64,000 bases of DNA, taken from positions 1,550,001 to 1,614,000 of the forward strand of contig CM039001.1 in NCBI GenBank assembly GCA_017499595.2. Reading direction: 5' to 3'. The DNA comes from Psilocybe cubensis (Eukaryota). Positions 50,793 to 64,000 of the stretch are shown here, in pieces. The stretch's first letter is position 1, and the number at the start of each line of letters is the position of its first letter. The notes under the pieces are model-generated. The model saw only the letters and a list, made by a program, of their open reading frames with translations. It ran no database searches and was not told where the DNA came from. Both the position numbers and the translations under genes were made by a program.

Positions 50793-53700
50793 ATGGCTCT
50801 CAGTTCGTCTCCGCGAAAGTTGGTTGTTCCTTTGGCGAGTGGAGATGAACCGCGGTCTCGTACTTCAACATCCACCCCACTCGTCACTAGAAGGGCCTTT
50901 TACTGTGGAGTAGTTGTAGAAGGGTCGGAGAATGGTAGACGGCTCCCCGAAGGTAAATGCCACACACCACCATCATTTCATATCCTCCTAAAGTATAGAT
51001 TGAAGAGATACAGGACCTCGTACTTTCACTCGGAAACCCTCTTCCTTCAGAATCCTCTGAAGAAATATTGGCCACCCAAAGCAATCAGTCGTTGGTTGAT
51101 ATAGTGCGTCGCTGTCTATATTAACCGATCACAGTGTACTAACCTTATCCTTTTAGGACAGAGCAGCCCAGAGGAAACGTGCTTTGCTTGATCCTTCAGC
51201 GTTGTCCTCTGTCATCAATGAACTTCTTACCAGCGAAAGGACCTATGTGAAGCGATTACAGTCCCTCAAAGTTGATTATGCCGATCCTCTCAGAAACTTT
51301 GCTCGGAATAAAGACACAGCGATTATACCAGCTTACGAGGCAAAGACCCTGTTCGGCAACATCGACGTTCTGTTGCCAGTCAATGAAGCGTTTCTCACTG
51401 ATCTTGAGCTGATGTTAGCTCCGAATGGTCACTTATCCGTTGGAGGTGTAGGGGACGTTTGTTTGCGCCACTTCAAAGAGCTCCGGGGATTTGAGCAATA
51501 CAAACAATACTATGTCAAAAGAGAAGATGCTCAGGCAATTTTTGAAAAGGAAATTTCAAAGAGGTCATCAAGGTTCGCTTCGTATATCGATGTAAGTACA
51601 CCGTGATGCTTTACTTTGTTATGTTACTTATTCCCTACTACCACTACTTGTAGCATATCAAATACCAATCAATTGACTCCAGAAATCGAGTAGGACTGCG
51701 AGAGCTTCTCATGGAGCCCGTGCAACGCATCCCAAGATATACTTTAATGTTTCGCACGATGCTGAAACACATGTCGCCTGACGATCCTCAGAGGGCCAAA
51801 ATCATAGAGGCTGATGAAATTGCATCTAAAATTGCCCAGGCGGAAGCAGACGAGCAGACAAAGCGTGCGGCAATATTTTACTGCCTCATTGCGACTATTG
51901 AAGGATTCCCTCCCGATTTATTCTCCAATTCACGAAAGTTTATTGATTGCATTGATGTCGAGGATATCATAACCGACACCCAATTGTCTTCGTCGACTAC
52001 TGGAGGCGGAATTTCAATAACATCGTTACATTGCACCTTGTTTTTGTTCGACGATAAACTTGTTATAGTGAAACGTCCAGGCAACGGAGAAAAGGGTGGG
52101 AGGACACTGTCGGGTTTAGATGCGGTAGAGAAAGTGACAAAGGCAGGAGGGATCCCAACAGGGAAAAAGAAGAGTGGCATGACATGTAAAGGTGTCTTTG
52201 ATATAATGGATATTGCTGCGACAGATATTGGAGGTTCCGGTGAGTTGATTTTTCAGGACTACTATATACGTGGTAACATTTTATAAATTGCAGAAATTCA
52301 TTTGTTTCTGGAGAATCCTCCCCAAGACCAAACGGAACGATGGACAGGTCGACCTTTCCGTTCTTTATCTGTTGTTATACCACCAGCACCAATAAACTTA
52401 GATCCTACTCAGACCGAAAACGAGAAACAACGATTCCTGGAGAATCTGTGGAGAACACAGGCTATCTATCGCGCTCGTGCTGGTCAATCAGTCGTCCTTT
52501 GTTCGGACGAGCAAGAAGTAGAATCTCGTTCCGGCAGAACGACCTTCGCTAGGACATATTTCAATGTTTACCAGCGAACTGCTTTTTTGCAAGAAACGAA
52601 GAAGGTTTTATTCGTTATTGTTTGATCGTCACGTGGGTTACTCACATTGAATCATAGTGCAAAGTCGTCGTCCACATCGACCGTGACCGGCATGCTTCGG
52701 CAGATCCTATACCTTTCGGACAAGGTGGTCCCCCCTTTGTAGTCATAAGAGTTCAATTAATGGATGGTGGGCTGTGTCGGTATTCGGTCACATCTAGTGA
52801 GCCAAACGATGACGGGGAGGAAGACATTGTTCAGACCTCACGGGTGCCTGCTAGAGTGGTTCATACCAGTACGTTTTGGTATGTCACTACAGCATCATTG
52901 ACATCTAATTGTTGTAGTCCACCAATTTGGTCTGTTTGAGTTCAAGACAGGGAAAAATTCGCTTCCATCAACACCAACGGCCAAGTCCAAAGTCGCCATA
53001 TTTGGCCTCGACGCTATCTCTCGTAACCTATTTAATGGTCGACCGCCATCTGTCGGCGATTTCTTTGCTGGTTCTATTAGTGGACATCGGAGACACAGAT
53101 CAAGGTCAACAACCAGCCGCTCGTCTGCATACACTCACACGACAACCACAATGGATAGCATGAAATCATCACATCGTTCAACCACTACAGCAGCTACAAC
53201 AATATCTAGCATGGAAGACGACTACTATGCGTCTCGGTCAAGTAAAAGCACGAAGTTGTCACGACAAATATCAGCTGGTGACTCTGATTCTGAGACCCCG
53301 ATGTACAGGCGTAGTGGGTCCATGTCTCGGCCTCACTCAAGGTCCTCGACAAGAGGCACAGAAATTGAGTACAGTGATGTTGAAGATGATGACGCCACTC
53401 TCTTGGCCCAATCCAAAGAGATCGGGACGTCCGACCATCAACTTGCTCTCCAATTGGAACTGGCCCGTCAGAATAGTTTGGCGCAGTATGGAAATCATCC
53501 CGTTCCTTTGCAAATGGACGGATCTGTTGAATCCATTATATACGAAGGTTTGTGTTTGCAATACTATGGGGCTGGTTTGTTACTGAGGATTATTTAGAAG
53601 AGCCGCCTTATCCATTACGGAAAATGCGAGAAGGAAGTACGTTACCACTGCCTGAATCGCCTCCAAAACGCAGGGAATCACCGCCCCGGACTTCTAGACC

Positions 53701-55247
53701 GTTATCCATACACACTTCTGAGCGCCGTCCAACAGGCCCTCGAAGTCCCTCCCCTTTACCGCCCAGGAGTCCACAGCCAACACAAGAAGATTTGCCGACC
53801 ATGGAGGATGATATTTACACCGACTCGAACATTCGTCATGAAAATGTTTCTGAGCAAACGGCGACTCCTGGAATTAAGCGAAGTCAACGACAATCTTTTT
53901 TCCCTGCCGACAACACAGAGTCTACCCCCAAGGCTGCCAGTACAAGTACCATCACAGCAGCAACGCCAATTGAACCATTATCCATCAAGAAAAAGACATC
54001 TGTCCGATCTGATATGTCGAATTCACCAACTCCTGTAAGAAAGGCACACACCCGATCAATGCAACGCGTAGTTTCTCCTCGCAAGGTATCACCCCAGATC
54101 CGCAAGCCTAAGGCTGGACCCTCAAACTTGTATAAAAGCGAGGATTTGGATAAGATGCTGCAACGTTCTGTCACGAGCAAAGAAGACGTAGATAATTCTT
54201 TATTTCATTTTCTATTATGTTATGTCTTACTTTTTCTTAGATCGAGGCTTCCCGACGGTCATTGAAACGCCTAAAAACCCAGATTGAAGTCATCAAGTCA
54301 ACTTTGAAAACTCCAGGTGAAGATGCGTCTTCGCGGCCGAGTTCGCCTGATAAAGGATTACGTTTACCCCAGTTGCAAACTAATGTCCCAATGGTAACAA
54401 CACGCTCTTGTGCTAATTATTGAACCAATAATTTTTGACTGTCTCGTATTCGTATAGACGAAAGCCGCTCAGGAACGCTTAGAAGAGATGAGGAATCTAA
54501 TTGGCCGCAGACAAGGTGAAGGGGTCGGAACTCCACGGAGTAGACCACGAAGTGGAACGCTTGATACACCGTCGAGAATGTCAGCTGCAAGTGATACAGG
54601 AAATCTTGTTAAGGCCATAGAGCTTCTTGCTATGGAAATGGAAAAGGACCTTACACGGGCTTACTCCAATCAAGAGGCGCTGCAAGCTGACTTATCCCGT
54701 CTGACTGCTGAATACAAAGAGGTACTTTCCTCCCTTTTAAAAATGCGTTGAATCTAATTTGGATGTAGCGAATCATAGAACTCGAAAGATCTAGGCTTGA
54801 ATTACAGCACTCACGACGGCAGTGCGAATTGGTCAAGAGTCTCTTGGCAGATGCCACGGCTGAGAAGGAGATTATGTATGAGGTGCGTTTTACACCGTTG
54901 ATGATGAGCACTTCATGACAATATGGTTAGGCGTTTAACGAGGAATTAGACGGAATGTACAACGATGCCAACCTGCCCGAAAACGAAGCCCTACATGCAC
55001 TAGCGCGAGATTTACAACAAACCAAAGAGGTGAAAAACAACCTATCAAGAGAAAACTCGTGCGTGTTCTTTAGGAGTTTATTCATTAATCTTCTCATTGT
55101 ATCCATCAAGGGCCCTTAAACGTAAACTAGCGGAGACAGAATTAGAAAAAGAAGAGTATGTTGATCTCTGAGTCTATTCACTAGGTTTCACTGATCAAAA
55201 TTTACAGATGGGGCGAGCTTCTTCGAGCCCACGGGCTGATATCTTGA
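50793..55247 (+). CDS. DH-domain Rho GEF with C-terminal coiled coil (Gef2-like)
   Basis: VINELLTSERTYVKRLQSLK.DYADPLR, LFGNID, LLMEPVQRIPRYTL; C-terminal EKEIMYEAFNEELDGMY, reminiscent of the Gef2/Nod1 C-terminal region. Confidence 0.9.
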
Positions 55248-55681
55248 TTAGTGTTTTTGCATGTTCCCTTTCATAACGACCTACGATCCTGGTGATCTCA
55301 TGTTACATCAATTCCATGGACCTCGCAGTTATATCTACAATCATCTGTCAAATATTGTATTGCATAAGTTACACATCTTCCTGTTTGTTGGACACTGTAT
55401 TCGTATATCATTGTCGAATTGCATGTTTTGTTACAAGGCGTTCTCGCTATAGTTGAAATTATTCGGGGGCTAGGAAAGAATTGACAAGACAAGCGTAAAA
55501 AGAAATGTATGTAGTTGTATCATGGGTATGGTGGTGGTACAAATGAAGTTGAAACGCAAAGTCGTGGAGACGTCGTAAAATACACATTAACGGTAATTCA
55601 GTCCATGAAGCATTATGCGTTATGTGGTAGCGAAGAAAAAAAAAGTGCAAAAATTATGTTTTACTTTTGGCATCCAAATTG

Positions 55682-58600
55682 TCACGTCGACAACGGAGTA
55701 CTTGTTCTCGATGGTGTGACAGTGTATGACTTTTTATTATCGTCGAACATCGTAAGGGAGGGCCTAGGTTCGTCATGCACACTTCGCGCACGTCGGCGCA
55801 CAGTCCAACGATGTAACATGCTATAGTGGGTCATAGGCTGACCAGGCATTGGGCCAGACAAAGGAACGGAGGATTGGCTGGGGTGACTGACAATGACAGA
55901 CATAGGGGAGTTAGGGCGAAGGTGAAATATTCCTCTAACGTTGCGGACAAATGAGCGCGATTTCGCGGGCAATTTCTCCGACGAAATGAATGTTGTAGGA
56001 ACGTCCAGAACGGGAGGATTGTTGTCGGCGACTAGAAGAGAAGTAACGCGTGAAGATGCTTGGGAAGAAGGCGAAGAGGGGCAGGGTGATTCCACCGGAA
56101 GGGACGGTAGTTCATAATCAATTGACGTAAGACTGAGTTTCTTGAGATTTCTGCGGGCAGAAGATGATGATGCAGATTTGTTCAAAGGAGACGATCCTCT
56201 GTTCAGAAGTCCATCTAAACTTTCAGTGGTCCTACGCCTAGGAACGCGAACACTTTCATGCTTGGACAATCTTCCCATGCCAGCCATTCCAATTGCCGAA
56301 TTGGAACGAGAGAAACCCGACCTAGTCGTTTTTGGAGCTTGAAACAACTCAACTTCATGGCTGAAGGCGTGCGATCGTGCTGTCAAGATGGATTGCGAAA
56401 TAACGTCTTGCAATTCTTGATCCACTTGAAGACGTGCCGCAGGCGAGGACCGCCTAATAAGAACTGTCTCATTATCGGAGCCCATCGGCGAAAAGATCGC
56501 TTTAACAGAAGTAGAAGACGACCGACGGCTAGGGGGTGGAGGTATATCTTGCTTGGATGGAGGAGGCGTCTCGTATCCTGGTCTCCTTTTCCTAGACTTT
56601 CCGTGGCCTCTCAAGGAAGCAAAAAAAGGCTCAGAGAATTCTGCATCTGAAGCATGACCGCCAAGTTCTGGTATAGATCGAATAGTAGCCAGGCCCGTCT
56701 GAGGAACCTCAATATTCCCATCGTCAGACCCGGGAAGGAGTTCACCTTTGTCGTCAAACTTGAAGCTAGGGGTAGGTTCATTTATCCAAGTGGGAACGTG
56801 AGTTAGCGACTCATGGATGGAGCTAAGCCATGCATCTTTTTCACGTTGGCAAGCAGCCGCAAGCTCAAAATGCCGATCACCGAACGAAAGTCTGAAAGAA
56901 CAAGGCAGCAATGCTAAACAAGTAAATGAATCAGTCATCTGACAAGGATAGAGTTAAGAGTAAAACTTACATCCGTCATCTTCAACATCAGAAACCTCGA
57001 AGTCGACTAGTGAAAACCAATGCTTGGGTTCGTACTTCTTCCCTTTAGAGACTTTGACTAAGATCAGATAACCCCCTGTATACAAAAAAGCTCCAAAATA
57101 TTTCGCCTTGATGCTCGAAGACTGGTCCAGGGGACGACTGGGGTCATGATACATGAGGTCAAGGGAACCGGAAAGAAGACAATTGCCGAGTGAAGCAAAG
57201 AACTCTAGTGTAAGTGGTTGTGCAGAAGGCGAAGGCGAGGCCGATGCAGACCCGATGCAAATACGAGAAAGAATAAGGGCAGATTGGACCGCAATCTCTT
57301 GCCTGTGGCGAGCCTCGTCAACGGATGTAGCTACATGGCGCATGGCTTGCGCCGCACTTTCCACAACAACATCAACATCAGACCGAGTATCAGTATTCCG
57401 GCCCAGCGTCCTAAGCGCCTTCGAAGGAAGAAGTTGGTCAAGCAAGAGTGGGTACTTGCAGATGCGCTGAATGGGCTTGATCATGTAGTCCATGAAAGCG
57501 ATACGAGGAGTGGTCTTTTCCCTCTTCGATTCCGAGGGGAACACCACGGAATCTTTTGTCATAAGAAGGCCGGAACGGGGGCGCGAAGATCGAACGCCAC
57601 CATCTAGAGAAGAGGAAGACATTGCTCTTTTCCGATCATCAACGTTCAAACTTTGCGACTGATTTGTAGGAGAATCGGAGCCAACGGAGGAAGTGTGTTT
57701 CGGCTCTGATGCTGGTGGTTTTGTCCCTGCCTCGAGCATGTCGGAAACCATGGTCGCACATCTATGCTCAAAAGCTTCGAGCTCCAAAGGGAACTGTTGA
57801 AACCCTTTTCTGACAATGTCCATCGCTTCTGGGTGGCCAGCACAAAATATTTGGTATGCATTAAAACGGGACGCCTGGAGAAAGAAAAATTATAAATGTG
57901 TAAAAAACCTAAGATGCGAACGAACCTCAGTTGCAAATTTAGTTGAAACAGCGCGGATAGCATCATCAAGCCTCGCAAGATGATGGTGTCCGTGATCTTC
58001 GTCAACGTGGTCGACGGCGATGCCCAAAGGATCCAATATCGCGCGTAATTCCCTGACGAAATGCTCGTGCAATGATAGAATCTCTTCCGCATTCCTTGTC
58101 AAAGATTCGAGCTCGCTATCACTGAACAAATAGCGAAGGTTGACTTTGGCAGGCGTTTGTATGGAAGCAGAAGCAGACGATGGTATGTTTTGCGTATCAG
58201 GCAGGGTGGCTGATGAAGACAATGCGGTAGCCTGAAGCTGGGCATACGAGTGTATCCAGGGCCCGGTGGCGAATGATGAAGAAGCACGGCTAAATGTCGA
58301 ACTCGTGGATAGAGGTCGGACAGCCAACGTAGGAAGGTTGCGAAGGTAAACCTTGCAAAATAAGGTAAGCAAGGACGTTGAACCACCGCATTCGAGAAAT
58401 GGCATACCGTCACTAAAGCCTTCAAATCCACGAGATAACCAACTTCTGTGGCTAGTAGTTCCTTGAGTGCGTGGTATTTGCGGAGAGCGTCCTTGTGTCT
58501 TTCTATCTCCCAGATGTCTTCAACGCTGTGATCACTCCAGCTTCCATCCGGGCTAGGTTCATCTGGAGTACATGCACCACTCTTTTCGCATACTGTGCTC

Positions 58601-59427
58601 TCTTCCTCTCCTTGACTAGTGGCGTTAGATAGATGAAAAATATTGGAATACGAATGATCTTTGCTCCTTAGGGTATTGTCCGGGCCGAGAAAACCGTCAA
58701 TAACGGAAAATGTTGCGTCCAAAGGGGTTTCACCAGGCCAAGTAGAAAGCGCGTCGGAGCACTCTACAATATCCTCGCACATGAAATTTGTGGGCGAAAA
58801 AGACAGAGGACCGAGATGATACGCAAAAGTAGGTAAGGAGGACGAACGTTTAAGTGTCTTCACATTCTGATTTCCGTGTGGATGCATTGAGGCAGGAAAT
58901 GAGGCAGAAGGTGATAGTGCTTTGAAAACCGAGCGTCTTCGGGAAGAAGTGTTAGATCTACGAACAGATTTAGAAGGTGGGGTAGGTGGGGTTGCGATCC
59001 AGGTAGGGGTTGAAGGTGACAAAAGGACGCGAAGAGACGAACAAGAAGAGGCGCTTGTATCAGCGCTTGTGTTGTCCTTGGCGTCAGTAGTGGTAAAAAA
59101 CGACCCAGACCGCGACTGTGAGGATTGACTGGGTGTTGGTGTGCAGATGGGGGATGCAATGATAGGCGGAAGAGGTGAAAAGCCGCATATATTGAGTCTC
59201 CTGGGAGAACGCGGTTCAGTGGTAGATTTTAATAGCATGGATTCAGGCTTTGCTCCGGCCAAATCGTTCCGAGCTCTTGACATCGCTGTCGAGGCGCCCT
59301 CCAAAGGCTCCGAGGACTGTTGTAGCAATAATAGTGAAGTAGACGAGTTATTGGAATAGTTGGTCGGTCCGGAATGTTCTGGCGTTGAGTGCGGAGGGTC
59401 TACGCGAAACGAGCACACAAATGGCAT
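55682..59427 (-). CDS. DH-PH Rho GEF
   Basis: HALKELLATEVGYLVDLKALV.VYL, DYMIKPIQRICKYPLLL, PH-like FRLSFGDRHFELAAACQREKDAWL. Confidence 0.9.
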
Positions 59428-60177
59428 CGCGAGAGAAGCGGAGAATAGGCGTGGTATTAAACCTTTGAAAAAGATTGTTTTAGACGTTGATAATCGGGTT
59501 TAGGGGTTTGAAAAATGACCGAGAAAAGGCGCACGGAAGAGGACTTACGGGACTGGCAGGCCAAACTGCAAGAGAGAAAGCCTGAAAGGTGGGTATACGG
59601 GATAGACGGGTGGCGACGAGCTCGCCGAGCTGGAGGTTTCACTCCAGAGGGGCTTAATATGAGGAGGCGGCAATAGAGATATCAAAGTACATAAGAAATA
59701 AACTAAACCGACTAGAAAATGGACGAAAGAGATCGTGGGCGGAGATAACCCACACACTCTGCCCGCCCATTTCGGCTCGTCTCTCCACATCCTCCGACCA
59801 GTCAGCCTCTGCGTCTAAGACCTCTCTTTGTCTTCCACCGCTCCCCATTATTCCCCGTCTTTGTCCTACCAATTAACTCGTCCATATCAGAACTCTGTCT
59901 GCCTTCTTATTACAACTAATCACGTTCTTATCTTGCCCGTTGCCATCCTGATTACGCTCAGTCACGTCCGAGGCCTCTTAATTCATCACCAACGGCTTTC
60001 GATATCAAGTCGCCATGCACGTTCTATGCTGCCAGATGAATGTCTACACATACATAGCTTTTCATACTTTATCAGAGTTGCATCAACATCATGCATGAAC
60101 AGATAAATCGTGCTTACAACAGAAACGCTCGTATGGTATATCAAAACACAAGGATATGGTTTTGACACAATATCATT

Positions 60178-61748
60178 TCAGTAAAGATCTAGCTTATCGT
60201 CCGAACGGGTGATGAAAGGTACGTTCCGTGCTTCCGCTTCGCGTCGACGCTTATCTTCCTTGTCCAAAAAGCGTCGTAGGCGAACGACGTTCTCCCCATT
60301 GAAGACGCAGAAGGCAACTTGTTGATCCGGATCGCAATTCTAGGTTTGAATCGCTGAGAAGAAAGCAAATTTATGCAACTGGATAAATGAAATGCACAAC
60401 TTACAGCAGGCGTGGGTTCTGAAAACCGACGTACTCCTCTCCTACTAAGTGAGGGTATCCCTGTGGCGGTGAGATGTTGCAAACGTTCAAGCTTGCGCAA
60501 CAGCAGATGTATAGCGTCGAGAGAGAGATGATCACAGTATGATAAATAAAGGCGCTCCAAACCAGTTGCTTGTTCCGCAAGCGCGAAGATTCCAATGTCT
60601 GTGAGTTTATGTACACGGACGAGACTCAATCGGCGGAGACTTGGTAGGGCCGCTAACTCAAAAACAGACAGGTCTGTTAACTTTCGACAGACTCGAGATG
60701 AAAGAAATCAGCCATCCCCGGCAAACAAGTGGAAGCTAGAGTGTGAAAGGAGATATAACTCACATGCCACGTCTACACACCTAAGGTTGGTGCAAGAACG
60801 AGCAAGTCTAACCACTGCACGGTCCGTGACGTTAGAAACGTGCGCCAACATCAGAACATCGAGATGATCGTGAAGTTTCGAAATACTTTCTAGAGCCTTA
60901 TCGGTGAGTAATGAACAACCTGAGAGGATGAAAGTCTGAATCCTAGGGGCATGCGACACAATTCCCTCGACTGCCTCATCGGTGATTTTGCAAAAGCTAA
61001 CATCCAGCAAGCGGAGGTTTTCTGCAGTATGCCGTAGGATCAGAGGCGGTAATTGCTCCAGCCACGTTATAGGTCTAGGTGGTAAGGGTTTCTCGTCATT
61101 TTGTCCCAGTTCAGTATATGCCACTGAATTTATTGGAGAGGGAAACGCTTTATCCGTGAGCAATGGGTTATTGGCCAATCGAAATGTGCGCAATTTTCTG
61201 GTATGGGTGTTTAAATACACCAAGTAATTATCATTATCGTCAAGTTAAATGCTTAACACCCACCTAGAAAATGACCAAATATCTCGAACTGCAGACGGAG
61301 TCAACAGGGGCAGGTCGGATACTTCAAGTTCTATAAGACGTGAGCATGTTTTTGCAATGGCAGATATCGAGGGGTCTGTGAGTCCCACTACTCCATTCAG
61401 CTGCAACCACTGGAGGGGCAATGATTTATTGGTGATTTCCAGAACCCCAACATCTGTAATCTGCGTACAGCCAGATAAGTTTAAGCCAAGAAGATTAATT
61501 GCCTTCTCTGCCAAAACAACTATCGTTCTATCCGTTGTTTCTGCAACGCCAGTAAGAACCACTGTTTCCAGGTGTGGGCACAAGGCAAGGACTTGAGCAA
61601 GTTGTTCATCCGATACATCTTCCTGAGCCTGTTCCAGAATGAGATGACGAACACGTCGATATTCCTCCTCTGAAGGCAAACGGTTGGTGATCTTCATCAT
61701 GTCTTCATGGAAGGATTTTGCGGACTCGGGATCCTTTCTCAACAACAT
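60178..61748 (-). CDS. Cys-containing LRR (RNI-like/Grr1-like) protein; start uncertain
   Basis: Repeated LxxLxLxGCxxITDxxV units; C-terminal QQVAFCVFNGE resembles the Grr1 FCVFSG motif; ends SDDKLDLY*. Confidence 0.85.
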
Positions 61749-62630
61749 GGGAGATTTATGGACTATACGACAAATGTGATGCAATACAATGATCTTGATT
61801 GGTAAATTATGATAAATGTTGTCTAGATCAGCCTAGGTCTAACAATGGCCAGGAAAGGCCCAAGTGGAAAGGCACAAATAAGCGGTGCACTTACTCTCGA
61901 GTCTCAATGTAACCGTTCAAAATTCAAGGCTCCTGTCTACTGAATATTGTAGTCAGATCTGAGCGCAAGTGCTGTCAAAGTTGTAATTGTTGCAAGGTGT
62001 GCTTTGAAGAAGAGAAATTACAATCAAAGGGGGAAAAATGGAAATGACATATACATTTATCAAGAGAGAGCGCGAATCATAAGTAATAGTGTGAGGATGA
62101 GGTGAATTTGATCAGATTTGGTCCAATGACAGCCTGACGGACCCGAAAGCTTAGCGAATCAGAACCGCCAGGTTGATTACCTAAACCAAGCGATGTCTTT
62201 TGAATTCTGTTCATCCTGCAAGCAATCAAAGCCCTAAAACGCAAACCAAGCGATGTCATCGTCAACATCCACCTCGTCAACAGCGAGGCCGGTATATAAA
62301 CAATTCCAGCAACCCCCACCTATAGATGAGAAGAGGAGGATTCCTGTGACCCCCGCAGTCTTGCGCTCTATCTTTGCCTCTTCGCGTTCTCCCCATGAGG
62401 AACGCTCTATCTCCAGGATTGCTTTTTTTCGGTATTCATTCATTCATACTGGCTTCTGACCCATTTGTTTCTAATTTCTTTCCATGTATCCTTAGTTTTA
62501 CAGGCTTTTTGATCAGTTGCATCGCCATTAGCTTTGCAGCTGCTCGAAACAGGGGCATCAAGGGAAGTGCAGCTTTATTGGGAGTAGTATGACAAGGTCC
62601 TATGGAATCAAACTCATAGAAATATCCGAG

Positions 62631-64000
62631 TTACAACAAATCTACCAATTTTCGTCCAGGAGATATCACACCAATTACTTTGCTTGAGAGGTCAAACATA
62701 CTTCCTCCTTCATAAACAACCAAGTCGGTTGTCTCGTCATCAATTCCACGGATACCAAGCAATTTCTCGAGGTTATTGGAAACAAGAGCGTATGCCTGGT
62801 TCTTTGAGATCCTACCATTCGATTCTAGAGCGGCCTGTCAAAGCTAATCGTCAAAACTTTTATTCGCTCATGACAGTTATTTCGACATACCCATTCTGCG
62901 TCAAAACGTGTATTACGAGCCTCCCATGCACCTCGTATCCCCAAACCAACCACGACCCCTTGTTCAACGAGCTTCACAAGTGCCGTATCGTTTGAAAGAG
63001 GGGGTCCTGGCAATCTATATTACTCCTTCAGATGCTAACATTTAGAATGCAGGCAGAGTGAGGTCTTACATTCTATTTTGATCCCATACCATAGGAATTG
63101 GCCTGGATGGGTTTAATATAACGCCAACACCAGCATCCCCTTCAGAATCAATGTGTATCAGATCTAGTTTGTCTATGTTAGACCGTGAACTTGCCGATTT
63201 CCTTTGCCAGAAGATGCGATTCTGCTGCACCGCTGAAAACCATTCTCATCCGCGAACCAATGTTGTCTTCGACATCTGTCTTTAGAATCAAAAGACTGGC
63301 CATGATATCTGCGCTATCCACTTCTATCACAAGAGGGACAACTCCCTGTTGTGGAGTCGATTAGCTCACTTCTTCGAGTCCTTGGGCTAAAATCTACCTC
63401 GGCAGCTTTCCTGAACCAAAAACCGGTTTCTTTATCTTGAGATTCCCAGCCGTACAACAGTCGCCTTAGACCAGCAATCTGGGTGCTCACGCTGACTCTT
63501 CTTTTTTCGGGGTGCGATTTACCTATGACAACATGCAACGCAGCTATATCTTGCACAATAGCCCCGCGTTGCATGGCGTGAAGCGAGCCAGTCCGGAACG
63601 AAGTCGACAGACCGGCTATTATGTGGGCATCTGGACCTGCCATATAGATTGGCTTCGCCAGAGACGAGGTAGCCAAAGTAACCCCCGCTCGATACGCCGT
63701 ACTACGATGCCGAATTAGCTTCACTCAATCATAAATACAGAGCACTCACAGAGAATCACGAGTTCCAAACATCAGTGCATCTACAGCTCGAACAATAGCG
63801 CCCGTATCGTCAAGGATTTTTGGGACGTCGCGCTTGAATGCGTCGTATGTTTCACCGTCTGTAGTCGATGCCTCTCCTGCAATTTCTCCCAGTCCCAACG
63901 GCGAACCGTATGTCATTAGTCCAGGGGCAATCGACCCGCCTTGCACGTCAACAATCCTCGAACTTTCACGTAAATCAGTATTGTTGCATACGCCCGCGCA
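62631..64000 (-). CDS. Amidohydrolase / composite metal-dependent hydrolase (CE9-like), 3' part only
   Basis: DVQGGSIAPGLMTYGSPLGLGEI.GEAST.DG, AYRAGVT, SVSTQIAGLRRLL, PLVIEVDSADIMASL, LPGPPLS, ARNTRFD, NLEKLLG. Runs off the window end. Confidence 0.85.

Overview
Gene-dense, intron-rich fungal DNA. Short (~50-60 nt) introns and the protein families point to an agaricomycete, probably Agaricales (inference). About 24 protein-coding genes can be assembled by hand across introns. In order: complex I NDUFS8, prefoldin 2, a secreted CAP/PR-1 protein, a large disordered protein, an SDR, a PxIxIT-containing hypothetical protein, a CASTOR/ACT-like protein, a second hypothetical protein, PTC5-type PP2C, a USP36/42-like deubiquitinase, a 4-finger C2H2 transcription factor largely missed by the ORF track, an F-box protein, KRE6/SKN1, haspin, PSF2, YVC1, ARC18, NOB1, LEU2, GLC3, a RING protein, two convergent RhoGEFs, a Grr1-like LRR protein and a partial amidohydrolase. 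I found no rRNA, tRNA, CRISPR array or intact transposon, and I cannot demonstrate a clearly novel multi-gene system. The best leads are: a CASTOR-like sensor with an apparently altered ligand pocket; an ACAAAG (HMG-box-like) motif cluster upstream of the C2H2 factor; a PP2C with both mitochondrial and peroxisomal signals; at least six GC-AG introns; 5-16 nt microexons; and an MCB-containing bidirectional haspin/PSF2 promoter. All exon structures were read by eye and need RNA-seq confirmation.
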